A stretch of 54,718 nucleotides of DNA, counting the filler, from Sphacelaria rigidula (Eukaryota): the NCBI GenBank assembly GCA_964200075.2. It is 4 parts of 4 records of this genome, joined end to end, with 100 filler letters (N's around TTAATTAATTAA, not from the genome) between each part and the next. Parts side by side here need not be neighbours in the genome. Positions count along the whole stretch, not along the records: positions 1 to 13,605 come from CAXNAA020002768.1; positions 13,706 to 27,310 come from CAXNAA020002769.1; 2 more parts are not named here. One strand, given 5' to 3'. Below are positions 12,511 through 24,367 of this stretch, piece by piece. The notes under the pieces are model-generated. The model made no database searches. It was given only the letters and a program-made list of their open reading frames with translations, and was not told where the DNA came from. Each line of letters opens with the position of its first letter. Within the stretch, counting starts at the first letter, position 1. The translations under genes were made by a program, and so were the position numbers.

Positions 12511-13605
12511 CACTACAGAGTGTGACAATCCTCGCGTTAAATCACACCCCAAAGCCACATGTACCTATGGTTTACAACATTTCGAAGCGACTATTCAGTC
12601 GATGCGATATGTACTGTCGGAACATGCTCGTGTGTGAACATACTACATACAGTATAGGTAAATAATTATTTACGCGGTGCTGTCATTGCCGTCCATGAAG
12701 TGATCGTCCAGTTGCTGGGCAGTGGTCATGTGCACAACCCACATATGGGAAATGTACTGCACACAACAAAATGTGTTTGCGCCCACCAACTTTGCGTCTC
12801 GCTCAGTTTTTGACGCTTTCCTGCTGTCACTTGACATGTCTTTTGTTTTCGAATACGTACACCCGGGCGACAGAAAAATAAGAGAACTGAATACAGGGCA
12901 GCACATGTGCGCGTATCAAGATGCGGCAGATACCTGTACTTGTCAGCGCGTGTGCATATGCCAGCTTCGGCACGAAACACACAAAAGCGTTGCTGTAAAC
13001 AGTCGGGTGAACCACTGCCAAGAAGGCGGGGCGTCCCAGCTCTATTCTTGGCAATATAACACTATAGAAAATAACACAATCAGAGCAGATGAGGAATTCG
13101 GGATGTTATCAGGCATCCACCAGTTCAGAACAAACTTTTATACACGTCGAAGGTATTCTGCCCGCTAAGAACAACATTTCCGAACGTCGACATGACACTC
13201 ATCCATGTAGAACATCGTATACTGTTAGTAAAAATATTTGAAAGGGACAGAACGTGTTTTACTCTGTTGTACGTGTGAGTATGTCCTGTACAACACGTGC
13301 CCAAGATATATCTATATATCTATATCTATATATCAAAACTGCCGCACATTGTCTGATCCGCTGCGAGTCTAGCTGTGGTCACACGATAGACATACCAGAG
13401 TGTGTGCACCGAAACACTCAGAAAGAAAAAGATAATCATGAGAAAGACGCCAGGTGAGGATCTAGTACTGGTCCCCTCCCTACCCATGGCCTCCGGTAAG
13501 GAGATTGGGCAAAAATATGGGACCCCCCCCCCCCCCCCCCCCCCCCCCGCCACCACCCACCAAAAGAAGCAAACGCAGACCAAACACACAACCACCGCCC
13601 CCCCC

Positions 13606-13705
13606 NNNNNNNNNNNNNNNNNNNNNNNNNNNNNNNNNNNNNNNNNNNNTTAATTAATTAANNNNNNNNNNNNNNNNNNNNNNNNNNNNNNNNNNNNNNN
13701 NNNNN
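13606..13705. other. Artificial contig linker (N44-TTAATTAATTAA-N44)
   Basis: 100 nt with a six-frame stop cassette at 13650-13661; identical to the other two linkers. Confidence 0.97.
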
Positions 13706-14218
13706 GATTATCTTGCATTTGGATGACAGCCAACAATGAGTTGCTTTATTCTGTGGTATCGCCACTTCCAGAGACAGCCACGGCTTTTACACTGCCTCAC
13801 TGGTGTCTAACCGATAGGGGGGGGGGGGTACTCATTTGTTGCTTGCCTTAGCCGTTTGACCATTGACCACGCATGCCTTTCGAGACGGAGCACCGTTGAT
13901 GGAAGGAATATTTCGATGATTGATATGTTCATTTCCCTTACTGTTATTGTTATTTTATTGTTAGTTCAACAAAACGGACCGTTCCCATCATAAGTCATGG
14001 ACTTTTTTGGTCCACTAAATGATGGAACACACGAAAACAATGTGTCCCGATGAAAAGCTGGCTCTCAATCTTAAGCTACACTCTCCATCTCACGAAAGCC
14101 TTGCTTTCTATCGTTTGCAAGTTCCACACGCGGCGAACATTCCTCATGCTGCCCAACAGTAAGATAGATGCCTTTCAACCGACATTCATCAACTACGCTT
14201 TGCCTGATTTTCCGTCAG

Positions 14219-17200
14219 GGTGTTACACCGGCCAGGGCCTATCTGCGGCGAGTGCTGAGAAATGGGTTTAACGGCGATCGCAGAAGAGCAGCGCAGCGCG
14301 TGCCGACGCTCTTCTGGCTGATATCGAACGAGGTGACATGAGTTCGCGTCGGCGGACATGGTTGTAATTTTGGCTTCCAGTCGCAGTCCTGGGAAGACCG
14401 ACCACTGGGTGATTGTAGCACGATGGAAATTTGGTGGGCGCGACAACAAGGTCGTCAGGTCAACGTCTTAGACGGGCGCTAACAGGGCTATAAGTGAAAC
14501 GTTGATCGCACCTTCAGTGAAAATGCCCCACATGGATCGCGGACGGTTCACAGTACAAGCATCGGTTTATGTCTTGATCGGTCGATTTTGATGGGGTTTT
14601 GATGCGTTACCTCATCATCTGTTTGGATCTTGTGCAGATCAGATTTTCGGCACGAGGTGCAGGGCAAGCTTCAAAGTTGGCAGAGGATTTGATCATGATA
14701 GTCTTGTACACCGCAGCATATGTTTCTCGGGTGAGCTTACGACTCGGGGCAGGTGGTAGTCGGAGCCACCTCTTGCACGAAGGAGCGATATTGAAGCGTC
14801 GCTGCAAGTACAAAAAAAAACTCTTGATTGCTCTCAATATGACCGTAGCGTACGCATCTACACTGCTTGACAGCTTTCCATCTACCTACAAGCTCATAAC
14901 GAGTGTGAAGCCGTGTAGCACACCCATGAGCCCTTTGTCTCGTGCAATCAAGCACGCCTCTCCTACATTACGACCACTCTCTGACCTCTGACCTTCCAGG
15001 ATATGGGGGTAGATGTCCATCATACTGGATGGTTAGGATTAGGGCTAAGGTACAGTTCCGTGTGACATGCACCCGTCGCTGCAAGTAACATTGCCCAACT
15101 CGGCCACGACTGTCACGCAGGCTGCATTGGATCCTTGGCTAGATGCGACAGCAGCAGTGGGTTTGGTTCTGTCCATTTTCGTCACCTTGCTGGGAGCTGC
15201 TAACGTCCCGATTATGATCTCGCTGTGGGTATTGTACCATACCCTGGTTAACGTCGGTCAACACTGGTGAGAGTCGCGTCTTGATTCAACCGCGTTGTCG
15301 AGTGAGTCAGAGTCTATGTACTCTCCGCGGCCACAAGCATGTTCCTGTGCTGATAGGCTGGGATTTCTGTACGCGGTCACAGTACTGTTTACTCATGTTT
15401 GCGAATGAACTGAATCTCTGCAGGGAGCCAATAAGCCCTTTCCATGTCGTCGGTTAAATGCCAAGAGCTCCGAGTGTGGCGATGAACGTGTGCGAGTCTG
15501 AATTCTTGAGCTGTGTGATGGCGTGGCGCTCGCATTTGATACCTCGATGGAAGTACCACGACTAGGAGCGCCTTTGCTTGGAGTGTGTATGTGCTGCATA
15601 TCGTTGGGGGCGGCGCCACATTGCCTTTGACAAGGTACGCAGTGACATCGATGTTGTTGCCTCTTGCTTCTCAGGTACGGGTTCGGATGGGAGAGTCAGC
15701 TTCTGGAGACAGCCTTCCTTACCGCGTTTGCAGTACCGCTCTTCTCAATGCGCCCGTTCGCACCCGCTTGTCCGCCTCCAACCGTTATGCCCTGGCTCTA
15801 CCGATGGCTAGGCTTCCGAATCATGTTAGGTAAGCCTTGCGCCATGTGGTCCGACTCATACAAGGAACATAGACTTTTGTTTCCAGGAAAATTACCCACC
15901 GAGAACGTGCCACACCAGGCAAATCTCTAGTTGTACGACGTGGAGTGTTGTCCACCGATGATCCACAATAGGTCACAGCAAAAAGTGACACACTGTCGAG
16001 TATCACGAGAGATTCGTAAACACTGCTAGACCGTGTAACAAGGCAAGACAGGGTTAGTCAGGGAGGACAGGTCATCGCAACCGAGCGTGTCCGGTCACGC
16101 ACATGCAGCATGTGCCATTTTTAGTCGGCTTAACATATCTTCCGCACATCGAGCTACTTGAGTGTAGGGAAGATGCCGACTTGTACGTTGATATCCGCCA
16201 ATCTTGTCATCGCTGCCCCGGTGGCGTCTGTTTCAAAGTGCGTTGCAATGTTCCATAGGACTATGGAGACGCGTGTATGGGGAGAGAAAGCCGTCGCGCC
16301 TGCCGATAATGCGGTTATTATCCATGGCCAGTGCTAGCGTTAATCTCGCCCACATCTTGTAGGAGATACCATACCTGCAGTATCTAAGTGTGTAGGAGCG
16401 GTGCAGCGATGGAAACCCCACGCACATGCACCACTCACTCCTCATAGCGGAGGCGCAAGACGTATTCTGCGGAGTAGCTCCGCTGTAACAATGTGATCCT
16501 CTAAATATGTGCGGTGAGCTACAGCTGTATAGGTTAGCTGTGAGGTACCTGCAGTAGTCTCCAGGCTCGCTACTTTTTCATTACCTTCTTCATGGGGTGG
16601 CTGTCGGTGGTCTTACCTACTGGTGGGTTGATGCACTTCCCCCTGTCTTATTCGCCGTTAACATAAATCCAGGCGCGGGCTTGATCAAGATTCGGGGCGA
16701 CAAAGTTTGGAAAGATCTTACAGCCATGGACTATCACTATGAGACACAACCGCTTCCTAATCCCATCAGCTACTACCTGCACCATGCGCCCAAGAAGATG
16801 CACAGGTGTACATCCGATTACCGACACGGGCGGTGAAGGGGGGGGTGTTCCGGGGGATACCCAGCTGACCCAATCAACAGTTTAATTTGCTGTTGTGCTA
16901 TTGTCGTCCTTGTGCAAGGCTGTGTGGGGTGTAAGTATCTGTATTCACGCTGCTTCGTGCGTCGTGCAGATGGGTGATGTAGGGTACAGATTTTCAAGGT
17001 CCCCACGAACCTCGCGAGATCGCAGACACTTCGTTTATGAGGAATGATCTTCCACGTTGTACGTGGAGAACCAAGCACCCTGGTGATATGAACGCCGATC
17101 AGCGGATGCATCCGGTATATGGTGCTCACCTTGTCAACTCCCTGTGCACGTTCCTCGCCCCCACCTTGCCCCTCGCTCACTATGGACGTCATGGAATTTG

Positions 17201-17867
17201 CCCCCGCGCAGTGGTTTGCGTGAGATATGCTTGTCCAGAAGGCTGATAGCAGTTGATACTCCCATGGGAATAGCTGACGATGCGTGCGCAGTACCTTGTA
17301 TCGGCAGGGTATCTTGTAACCGCACGCTATCGCTAATCCCCGGCATTATAAATAGCCTGTGCCGGTATTCGGGCTAAAATTGTGCCCATTACTATACTTT
17401 CCTTATTCAGGACAAAGGGGCTTCGTGTTCCTTATTCTCTTCCCCCCTCCACCCGACCTTTCAATGATGTGACGCAAAACCAAATACCTTCCCCTCGACC
17501 GAAACACGTACTCTGCAGACGATCTCACGAGCTGCAGGAGTGACCAGATGCAAGCAGCTGCTCGTTGGTGCCCTAATCTTGCCCGCTCTTGTTTCTATCG
17601 GGTGTTGGGTGGTTCTCGGGACACTCCGCTACTCAAACAGTATCTCCGTTGCTTCGTTCTCAAATAAATACAATTTCTCTGACTCGCGGTGGAGTGTTGT
17701 CAACCCCTGAATACGGAGTACGACCTTACCCCGAGACCGGGAACTGACCCGTATAACTTGACTCGACTTAACGTCGATGGGTCCACGATGGTTGGCAGTG
17801 TAATTGTGTGGATTCAAGGTATTGCCAAACACCCGCATGCACACGTTTGTACTGAATATAATGTAGG

Positions 17868-17907
<40 letters not shown>

Positions 17908-20900
17908 CATATTTGAGGTACATGAGCCCCAATGAGTCGGGACCACCGTTTGAACATTCAGCGCAGCCCACGGCGAGCTGCATCTAGGTAAGCCGATGTC
18001 TCCGCTCCCCCTGTCTCTCTTCGTGGCAAAGCTTAAAGTTCAAAGGCATCGCGTAATGATCCGTCCTTTGTTCCACGGTGAGTGTCACGTTAAACGCCGA
18101 TCAGCTGTGTTCTCGTTGGGGGGTATTGCGTCTGTTTTTTACTTGAAACATGGTACCTGATTTGGCGTTTATTAGTTCCATTATATTCTAGCTCCATTCA
18201 TGGCGTTGGTTCTGCATATGAGTAGTTTGTTCCACGTCATATTATTCACCACGCCTGCCCATGTTTCCGTCAACGCAAGGTTTGAAACTGCCGTCAATCA
18301 TGTGGTGGAGTTGGGAGCTTCGTGGCTGCTTCTGGCACCCGTTCGATTCCTGTCCATGCTTGGAGGAGGGATACAGGCATTGTTCCAACTAGCGATCATC
18401 ATCTCAGGGAACCTGTCTTTCCTCAATTACCTCACTATACTTCCGTTCATCTGGTGCTTTGACGACAGGTAATGACTAACGACGACACAACGGTAGCGCA
18501 ACGATTAGCACGAAGTAACGGTCGTAACTGCATGGCGTAATCGTTGAAAGCCAGCACTGCACTATCCCATGTTATCACGTGAACAATGTATGTGGTGCTC
18601 CGACCTCGTCATCAACCAAAATCAGATGATGTAGGCTAATCTGGTGACCCTGTGTGGCTTCGTCGTCCATGATGCCAGCTTGCGTTAGGAGCTACGTTGA
18701 GCAGACCGCCTCAATCTCATCCAACACGTACCACGTTCTAGCACGAGCTGTAACGGATGCTGCTGCATACCAAGTTCGTAGTGAGTATGCGTTTGTTGCA
18801 TGACTGCTTCCTGTTGAGATCGCTCCCCCTTCCGTCTCGATTTGCTTCGTATGCCTCGTCTGCAGAGCGCTGGCTTGGATGTTCTCAGACGCTACCCGTA
18901 GCATGGTCGCTTCAATGCCCGCTGTACATCCGTCCATCCCCCGATCCGCCGCCAGCTGGTTCGTGTTTGGCTTGGTCGCATGGCTGTCCACCCCGGTGGT
19001 GCGTAATATGGCATCCAAGAAGCAGACGATGAATCGAACGTTTGAGCCATACCGACTAGTCAACACGTACGGTGCCTTCGGTAGCGTGAGTAAATTTCGA
19101 CCGGAGATCGTCATAAAGGGGACGTTGAAGCTGGACGGGGAAAACACGGCATGGCGAGAGTACGAGGTACGCGAGAAATTTGTTCAAATCTCCAGGTTGA
19201 CTTCACCATGTCTGCAATCATGATGTGTACAGAGCAATACACGGTTATCGAGATCGGTCACATTACGGAGCACCATGAATATGTACCCTATCACCGACTT
19301 TTCGACGAGTGGTCGTGGCACGTTGTGTGCATGACAGCGCGCCCTCCCTGGAGTCACCTTCCGTCTCACGTATACTATACACTACAATTTGATCGTGGGT
19401 CGTACGCGAGCACTGTGGATTGAATTTTATGGTAGCCTAGTGCGTTTGTCCGCTGTCCCTTGACTTGATCTACGGGTCAACTCGGCTTCGACTGTGACAG
19501 CCTGTTTCGATGAATCGATCCGGCTTTCTCGCGACTGCTGTTATCTTACTCGCTTCTTTCGACCGTGAAGCGCATTAACGTTGGTACTAGTTGTTCGTTC
19601 AAGTTCCCTTGTTGGCTCTAGCTCTTTTTCAGTTTTTTTGCCTGCTTCATGTTCCCACGATCTCTTCACTCAATCGCGGAACAATTCCGTTCCTGTCACT
19701 TGACAGTTTCGATCGAAACCGGGACCTCTGAGCCGCAGCCTGCCTTGGGTGTCTCCGTACCACCGGCGACTGGACTGGTGCTTGTGGATTGCGGCGCTTG
19801 GCCCCTCCCGATCCAGCGTGTGGTTTCCTCGTCTGTTGCTGAAGCTCATGGAAAACGACACTCAGGTATCATGTGTTGCTATCGTCAGTGCTTTCCACAA
19901 CACAAATGCTCCACCCCGAGCAACCTGGAAGGATCAATTATCGTCTCCCTCTTGAGGCTGTAGTGGCAGTCCCGTTGATCCGTGCTACTCTGGTGCGAAC
20001 TTGCCAAATCCATGTAGTACCTTGTAATATTACCCACGAACGACATGTCTGTGGACAACGAACTTTGCAGGTCTCGTCGCTTCTGAAGACCAATCCGTTC
20101 CTCGGCACCGGCGAGGCGCCCAAGTGAGTAAATCTTCATCTATCTGGCAGCAGGGATAAAGGGCATTGGGATAACTGTCGTTGCGTCTTGAGAGAAGCGG
20201 GGCAAATCGAAGCCGTGGTGGCTCAAAGACCATGAAGGTCGAGTGACTACAAGGTACCCTGAGAGGGTCCTGGGGTAGATATTGAGACAAATTCTCGATA
20301 AGCCAAGTTCACCACAGCATGATGGAACGTCGTGAAGCACGCTGTCAACTTCCTCACAGCGCTGATGCTGTAGTCCCCGCAAGGCACTCCTTCGGCAGCT
20401 GGTGTGCCTTAATACCGTAAATCGATGGACCATGAAAGATGATTGTCCAGGTGCAAGTGTTTTTACTAGGAGAATGTGCTTGGTTGGTCGAGCCTCTGTG
20501 AGTACCGCACCAACGTCACCGGCGCCTACTGTACGTGTCAGATCTGAGTCTTTCCGATCTCTATCTGATCATGTTGGTCCTCTGTATAGTATACTTGATG
20601 TGTGTGACGTATCGGTTGTTTCCCTCGCCGTACTGTGGAAAATGATCAAGATGCATCTTAGAGGCGATAATATGTCCTTTCTCGCGCATTGGCAGATACT
20701 GATATTGACCCGAGGCTGAAACCGGTCCCCCCGTGCTACCCGATACCCATGTTGCTCCAGGTACATCAAGGCGGACCTGTATCGTTACTCTTTCACCAAG
20801 ATCAACTCAGAAGAGCGCAGACGAGGGCAAATCTGGAAGCGACGGTTGTTGTGCAGCTTCTGGGACGTGTCCACTAGGGAATCACTTCTCCGTGGCATGC

Positions 20901-20908
20901 TCGGCTAG
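14219..20908 (+). CDS. LMF1: Lipase maturation factor 1 family ER membrane protein; exons 14219-14332, 15121-15266, 15675-15829, 16673-16805, 18280-18468, 18866-19166, 19707-19865, 20071-20123, 20761-20908 (5' exon(s) missing)
   Basis: Phase-continuous exons ending in TAG at 20906-20908. LMF motifs present: PTLFWL, LVNVGQHWYGFGWESQLLE, FRIMLGAGLIKIRGD, HYETQPLPNP, IISGNLSFLN, LVNTYGAFGSV, EYEFRSKPG, SPYHRRLDW, LYRYSFT...WKR. Confidence 0.95.
17867..17907. repeat. (GTT)n microsatellite in an LMF1 intron
   Basis: About 13 perfect GTT units. Confidence 0.95.
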
Positions 20909-20970
20909 CGCGAGCTCCGCTGTAGTGTTTCACGTGATGATGTCAATCTGAAACTCATTGTGTGAACGCG

Positions 20971-23111
20971 TCACTCGTGTAATGCCGAGATGGGGTATCC
21001 AGCAGCGTGTCCATACGCTGATACTGATACAGTATGCTGGTTCACCATGGACATCACCAAACTGGTCATACGCCTCTGCATGGCAGAAGGAAATGGTCTA
21101 CAGCACGCGTTCCCATGACAACGATTTGGCGATACGGTATATCGGCTTGAAATCTGCCCTGAGCTTTTCGACGGGCTTGTTTGGCGCTCGAATATCTCAC
21201 GATTAAGATTAATCGATATAATATGGTGTACGAAGATGTTGAGGCTTGCCCATAAGAGGCGTGTGTTGCGGCGGGTAAAGCCACGCGCTTCTTCAGTGGT
21301 GGGGGAAGTTGAACTTTGCCATCGTGAGGGAGCACCATGAGTGCAGCTGAGGCGCATCCCGGGGTTAACATATGGAGGATTCTCCATCCATCGTTGCAAA
21401 GTGCACGCGTTGACGGTGCAGCGTTTCGGTTGGTGTATGACCTCAAGTGCGTCACGTAACGTGGATTCTTCGTGTGACGCAGGAGGGACTCTGCTGAAGT
21501 ATTTAGTCATCGTCCCACTATTAAATCATCGTCCCACTATCAAGTCATCGCTGTACGGCACTTCTACAGTACGCTTACGCTGGTGCGTGCTGTATATTTG
21601 TTTTCCTAGTCTTTTGTATTGTTTTTCTTCAAGATAGTATACTTCGAGTAGATTGCGTCGTTGGGGATATTATTTTGCTTAGTGGTGTGTTCTAAAGCGC
21701 GGTAGCATGGGTGACTCTTCTTGTAAGCCTACTCCGGGACACTCACTCGTCTGCGATAGGGAGATGCGAAGAGTGCACTCCGCAATAGACTACTTGCGAC
21801 GGCCCAAAACTAGGATAAGGGAGTTGGATCATCAACCTGTTGGTTTTCGAGACTAGTAGACACTAACCTTCTTTTCTGTTACCCGTGCTCATCGGCATAT
21901 ATATGCGAAGATTGCATTCCGCCGTAGCATACTTGTCACGGCTAAAAATTCAGATAACGGAGCGGGCTCATTCGTTTGTTGGCTTTCGGCACTTGCGGGC
22001 ACAAACCTTTTCTTCGCCATGCTCGTCGACATTGTCTGAACTTTCCCTATTCCTTTTTTCGTATTTCGATCGCTGCACGTGAGGTTGGCGGCACGGCGTA
22101 CGCACGCTCCTGGTGGCGGTACGTGAATGTAAAATGATGTGCCACTCATTCCGTCTTGGGATAATGCAAGCATGGTAGCGTTTTCCATCAAACTCGAGAC
22201 ACCCCCTGCCTCGTTGGTCGCCAATTCGCGGCAATCCTTGACCGTGCTGGTGGAAGAGCACAGTATATACAGCAGTTTGGCGTACTATCGTGCGTCGCGA
22301 GGAGCTACACAAGACGGCATAATCTCGCTGTGGCCAAATCCACCCTCCACAAGAATGGCATGATGTGTCGCCACTGCTGCGTCTCGCAGTAGTTGGTGCT
22401 TGAAGCGAAGCCTAGAAACGCACGGGATGGAAACGTACAGTGCCACTGCGCAGTGCGTTCAGACTGTGGTGCTGTCTTATCGCTGCAGTGCCTTCCAAGC
22501 TAAAGGTACGCTCCTCTCCAAGTCATCGGGGGACAGAGGAGCAAAGTACTGGTGAGACGTGAGCGTTTTGAGCGTGATGTCCCTCCTGCCAAACACACGA
22601 ATCATCATGGAGACGAGCACGCGACGCGCGTATACACATTTACGCCACAATGTTTAGCTGTAAATCATGTGATGTTGACGTGCCGGGCACCTCATTGTCA
22701 TGTGTGTTGTAGTTGACACTCCGCTGTATGCATCTTTGTTGCTACCCGACCGCTACAGAAATTTAGTATGTACGTTCCCTCAGATACAAACGACGGCTTT
22801 TGCCTTCACAACCGCATAAAACGCCGCTGAGGCTGTGAGATTAGGTTGTTCAACCTACAAACAATATGTCATCGACGGTGTACGCATCAAAAAGTGCCTT
22901 GTTGTGCAGGACTCAGCATATTTCCCGCAACCTGTCTCATCACTTGCAAGCAGCGGGAACCAGAGTTTCAACAGTACCTCGAAGTTGAAGGTAACCGCAG
23001 GCATGCCAGGACGTTTGTTAAAATCGGCGAAGGTACTGCTGGTGGTGCTAGTTCGTTGCTCACGTCGCCACACATCTCAGCGCTTGACCTCTGTCGGAGT
23101 CCCAATAGCTC
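20971..23111 (-). CDS. Probable exons of an unknown gene convergent with LMF1 (candidates 23111-22978, 22585-~22510, ~22410-22330, ~22247-22105, ~21490-21360)
   Basis: Several AG-bounded open segments; the first two are phase-compatible (ELLGLRQ...LACLRLPSTSR / RDITLKTLTSHQYFAPLSPDDLER). Other segments read LRFKHQLLRDAAVATHHAILVEGGFGHSE and LRDALEVIHQPKRCTVNACTLQRWMENPPY. A full model could not be closed. Confidence 0.35.
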
Positions 23112-24024
23112 CTGCTCATGCGTGCGCCCACAGAGGCACATTTTTGTCCGAGGGAAGACAAATCGGGGTTGGTCAGGACACTTTATTTCTACTGAAACGT
23201 CCCGGTCGCAAAACAAGAAAAAACATTCTCCCCATGCTGTACTGTAGTCGTGAAGCCTTTAAGGACATTAAATACCCTTTGGAGTACTATAGTGGCCGTA
23301 CTGTCGTCACTACTTACTCCGAAGTATATTCTGGTCTGCACGGGTTTTTTCGCGTCCAATCTTACAACCCCTAACTACCCCTGTTCGTTTCTACCAAACC
23401 GGAACCTCAATACGTACAAAATGTGCGATCCGCGGGGGGGCTAAAGCCTCGACTGGGGTTTTGAATACCCCCCGACACCCGACACCCGACACCCGCCAGC
23501 GCACGCGACACTTTCCTGATGCGAATGGATACAAAAAGGCTCTGCGATAACGATGAGCAAACATGTGCTTCCGGGTCGAAGTGATTTTCTATATATTTTG
23601 ATATTCCTGACTAGTCCATGTCTGGAGTCACCTCGAGAATGCCCGCCAAGCCGCTGCAGAGTTCAGCTTCCCTCTCGAGGACGGATTCTGTGCCTGGGCC
23701 ATGCATTTCTGGTCCCCATCGGATTCCGCCCAGTCGCAACACGGTGCCCTGGTGGCCGCAACAGGGGGGTGCATGAAACGTCCGAGAAAGTGTTATTGTG
23801 CCAGTGAGGGGTGATCGTGCACAACATATCGTCGTGGTGAAACCAGCACATATGCCACCGGGTTCCGGTGGTCCAATGTTACAACTTACGCCATTATTAG
23901 GTCGGGAAAATAAATGTTGGATTCTCAGGAGGTACGAGGATTATCGGGTTTCTTACTGAAAAGCATCTCATTTCCGTCGTCGAAGACGGGAGCGCATGAG
24001 AAACAAAAGGGAAATAAAATACTA

Positions 24025-24367
24025 CTTTCTCTGTCCCATACGTAAAGGTAATGCCGTTTTTTTTTTTTTTAATCGCGTGGGACTTCCTGGCAGCAAGCCC
24101 CAGTGAAGGCGGGGGCGATTTAAAAAAAATCGAAAAACAAATTTTCGACACTTTTTTTCCCCTCGGAAAGGGGCAAAAAACGGCCATTTTGGGGTCGCCT
24201 AATTTTTTTGCAGCCGTTCGGCGGCATGGTTCAAGCATGAGCTGCAAATTTTAAACACATTTTCTTGACCCAAAAAACATCGTAAAGTTCATTTTAAAAA
24301 AAGAACGATCGGACATCGTGAAGGGCCTGTACAAATTTAGGTACCTTTACTCATGGGACAGAGGAAG
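24025..24367. mobile_element. Stowaway-like MITE related to 11527-12158, 343 bp, TA TSD
   Basis: TIR ctttctctgtcccatacgtaaaggta vs tacctttactcatgggacagaggaag (3 mismatches); TA at 24023-24024 and 24368-24369. Internal ggggcaaaaaacggcc resembles ggggtaaaaaacggcc near 11958. Confidence 0.85.

Noticed and set aside
13438..13495. ATG...GTAAG segment as the first exon of LMF1
   Set aside because: It lies on the other side of an artificial linker and has no LMF similarity.
17629..17983. Poly-T/N/C ORFs
   Set aside because: They come from the (GTT)n microsatellite.
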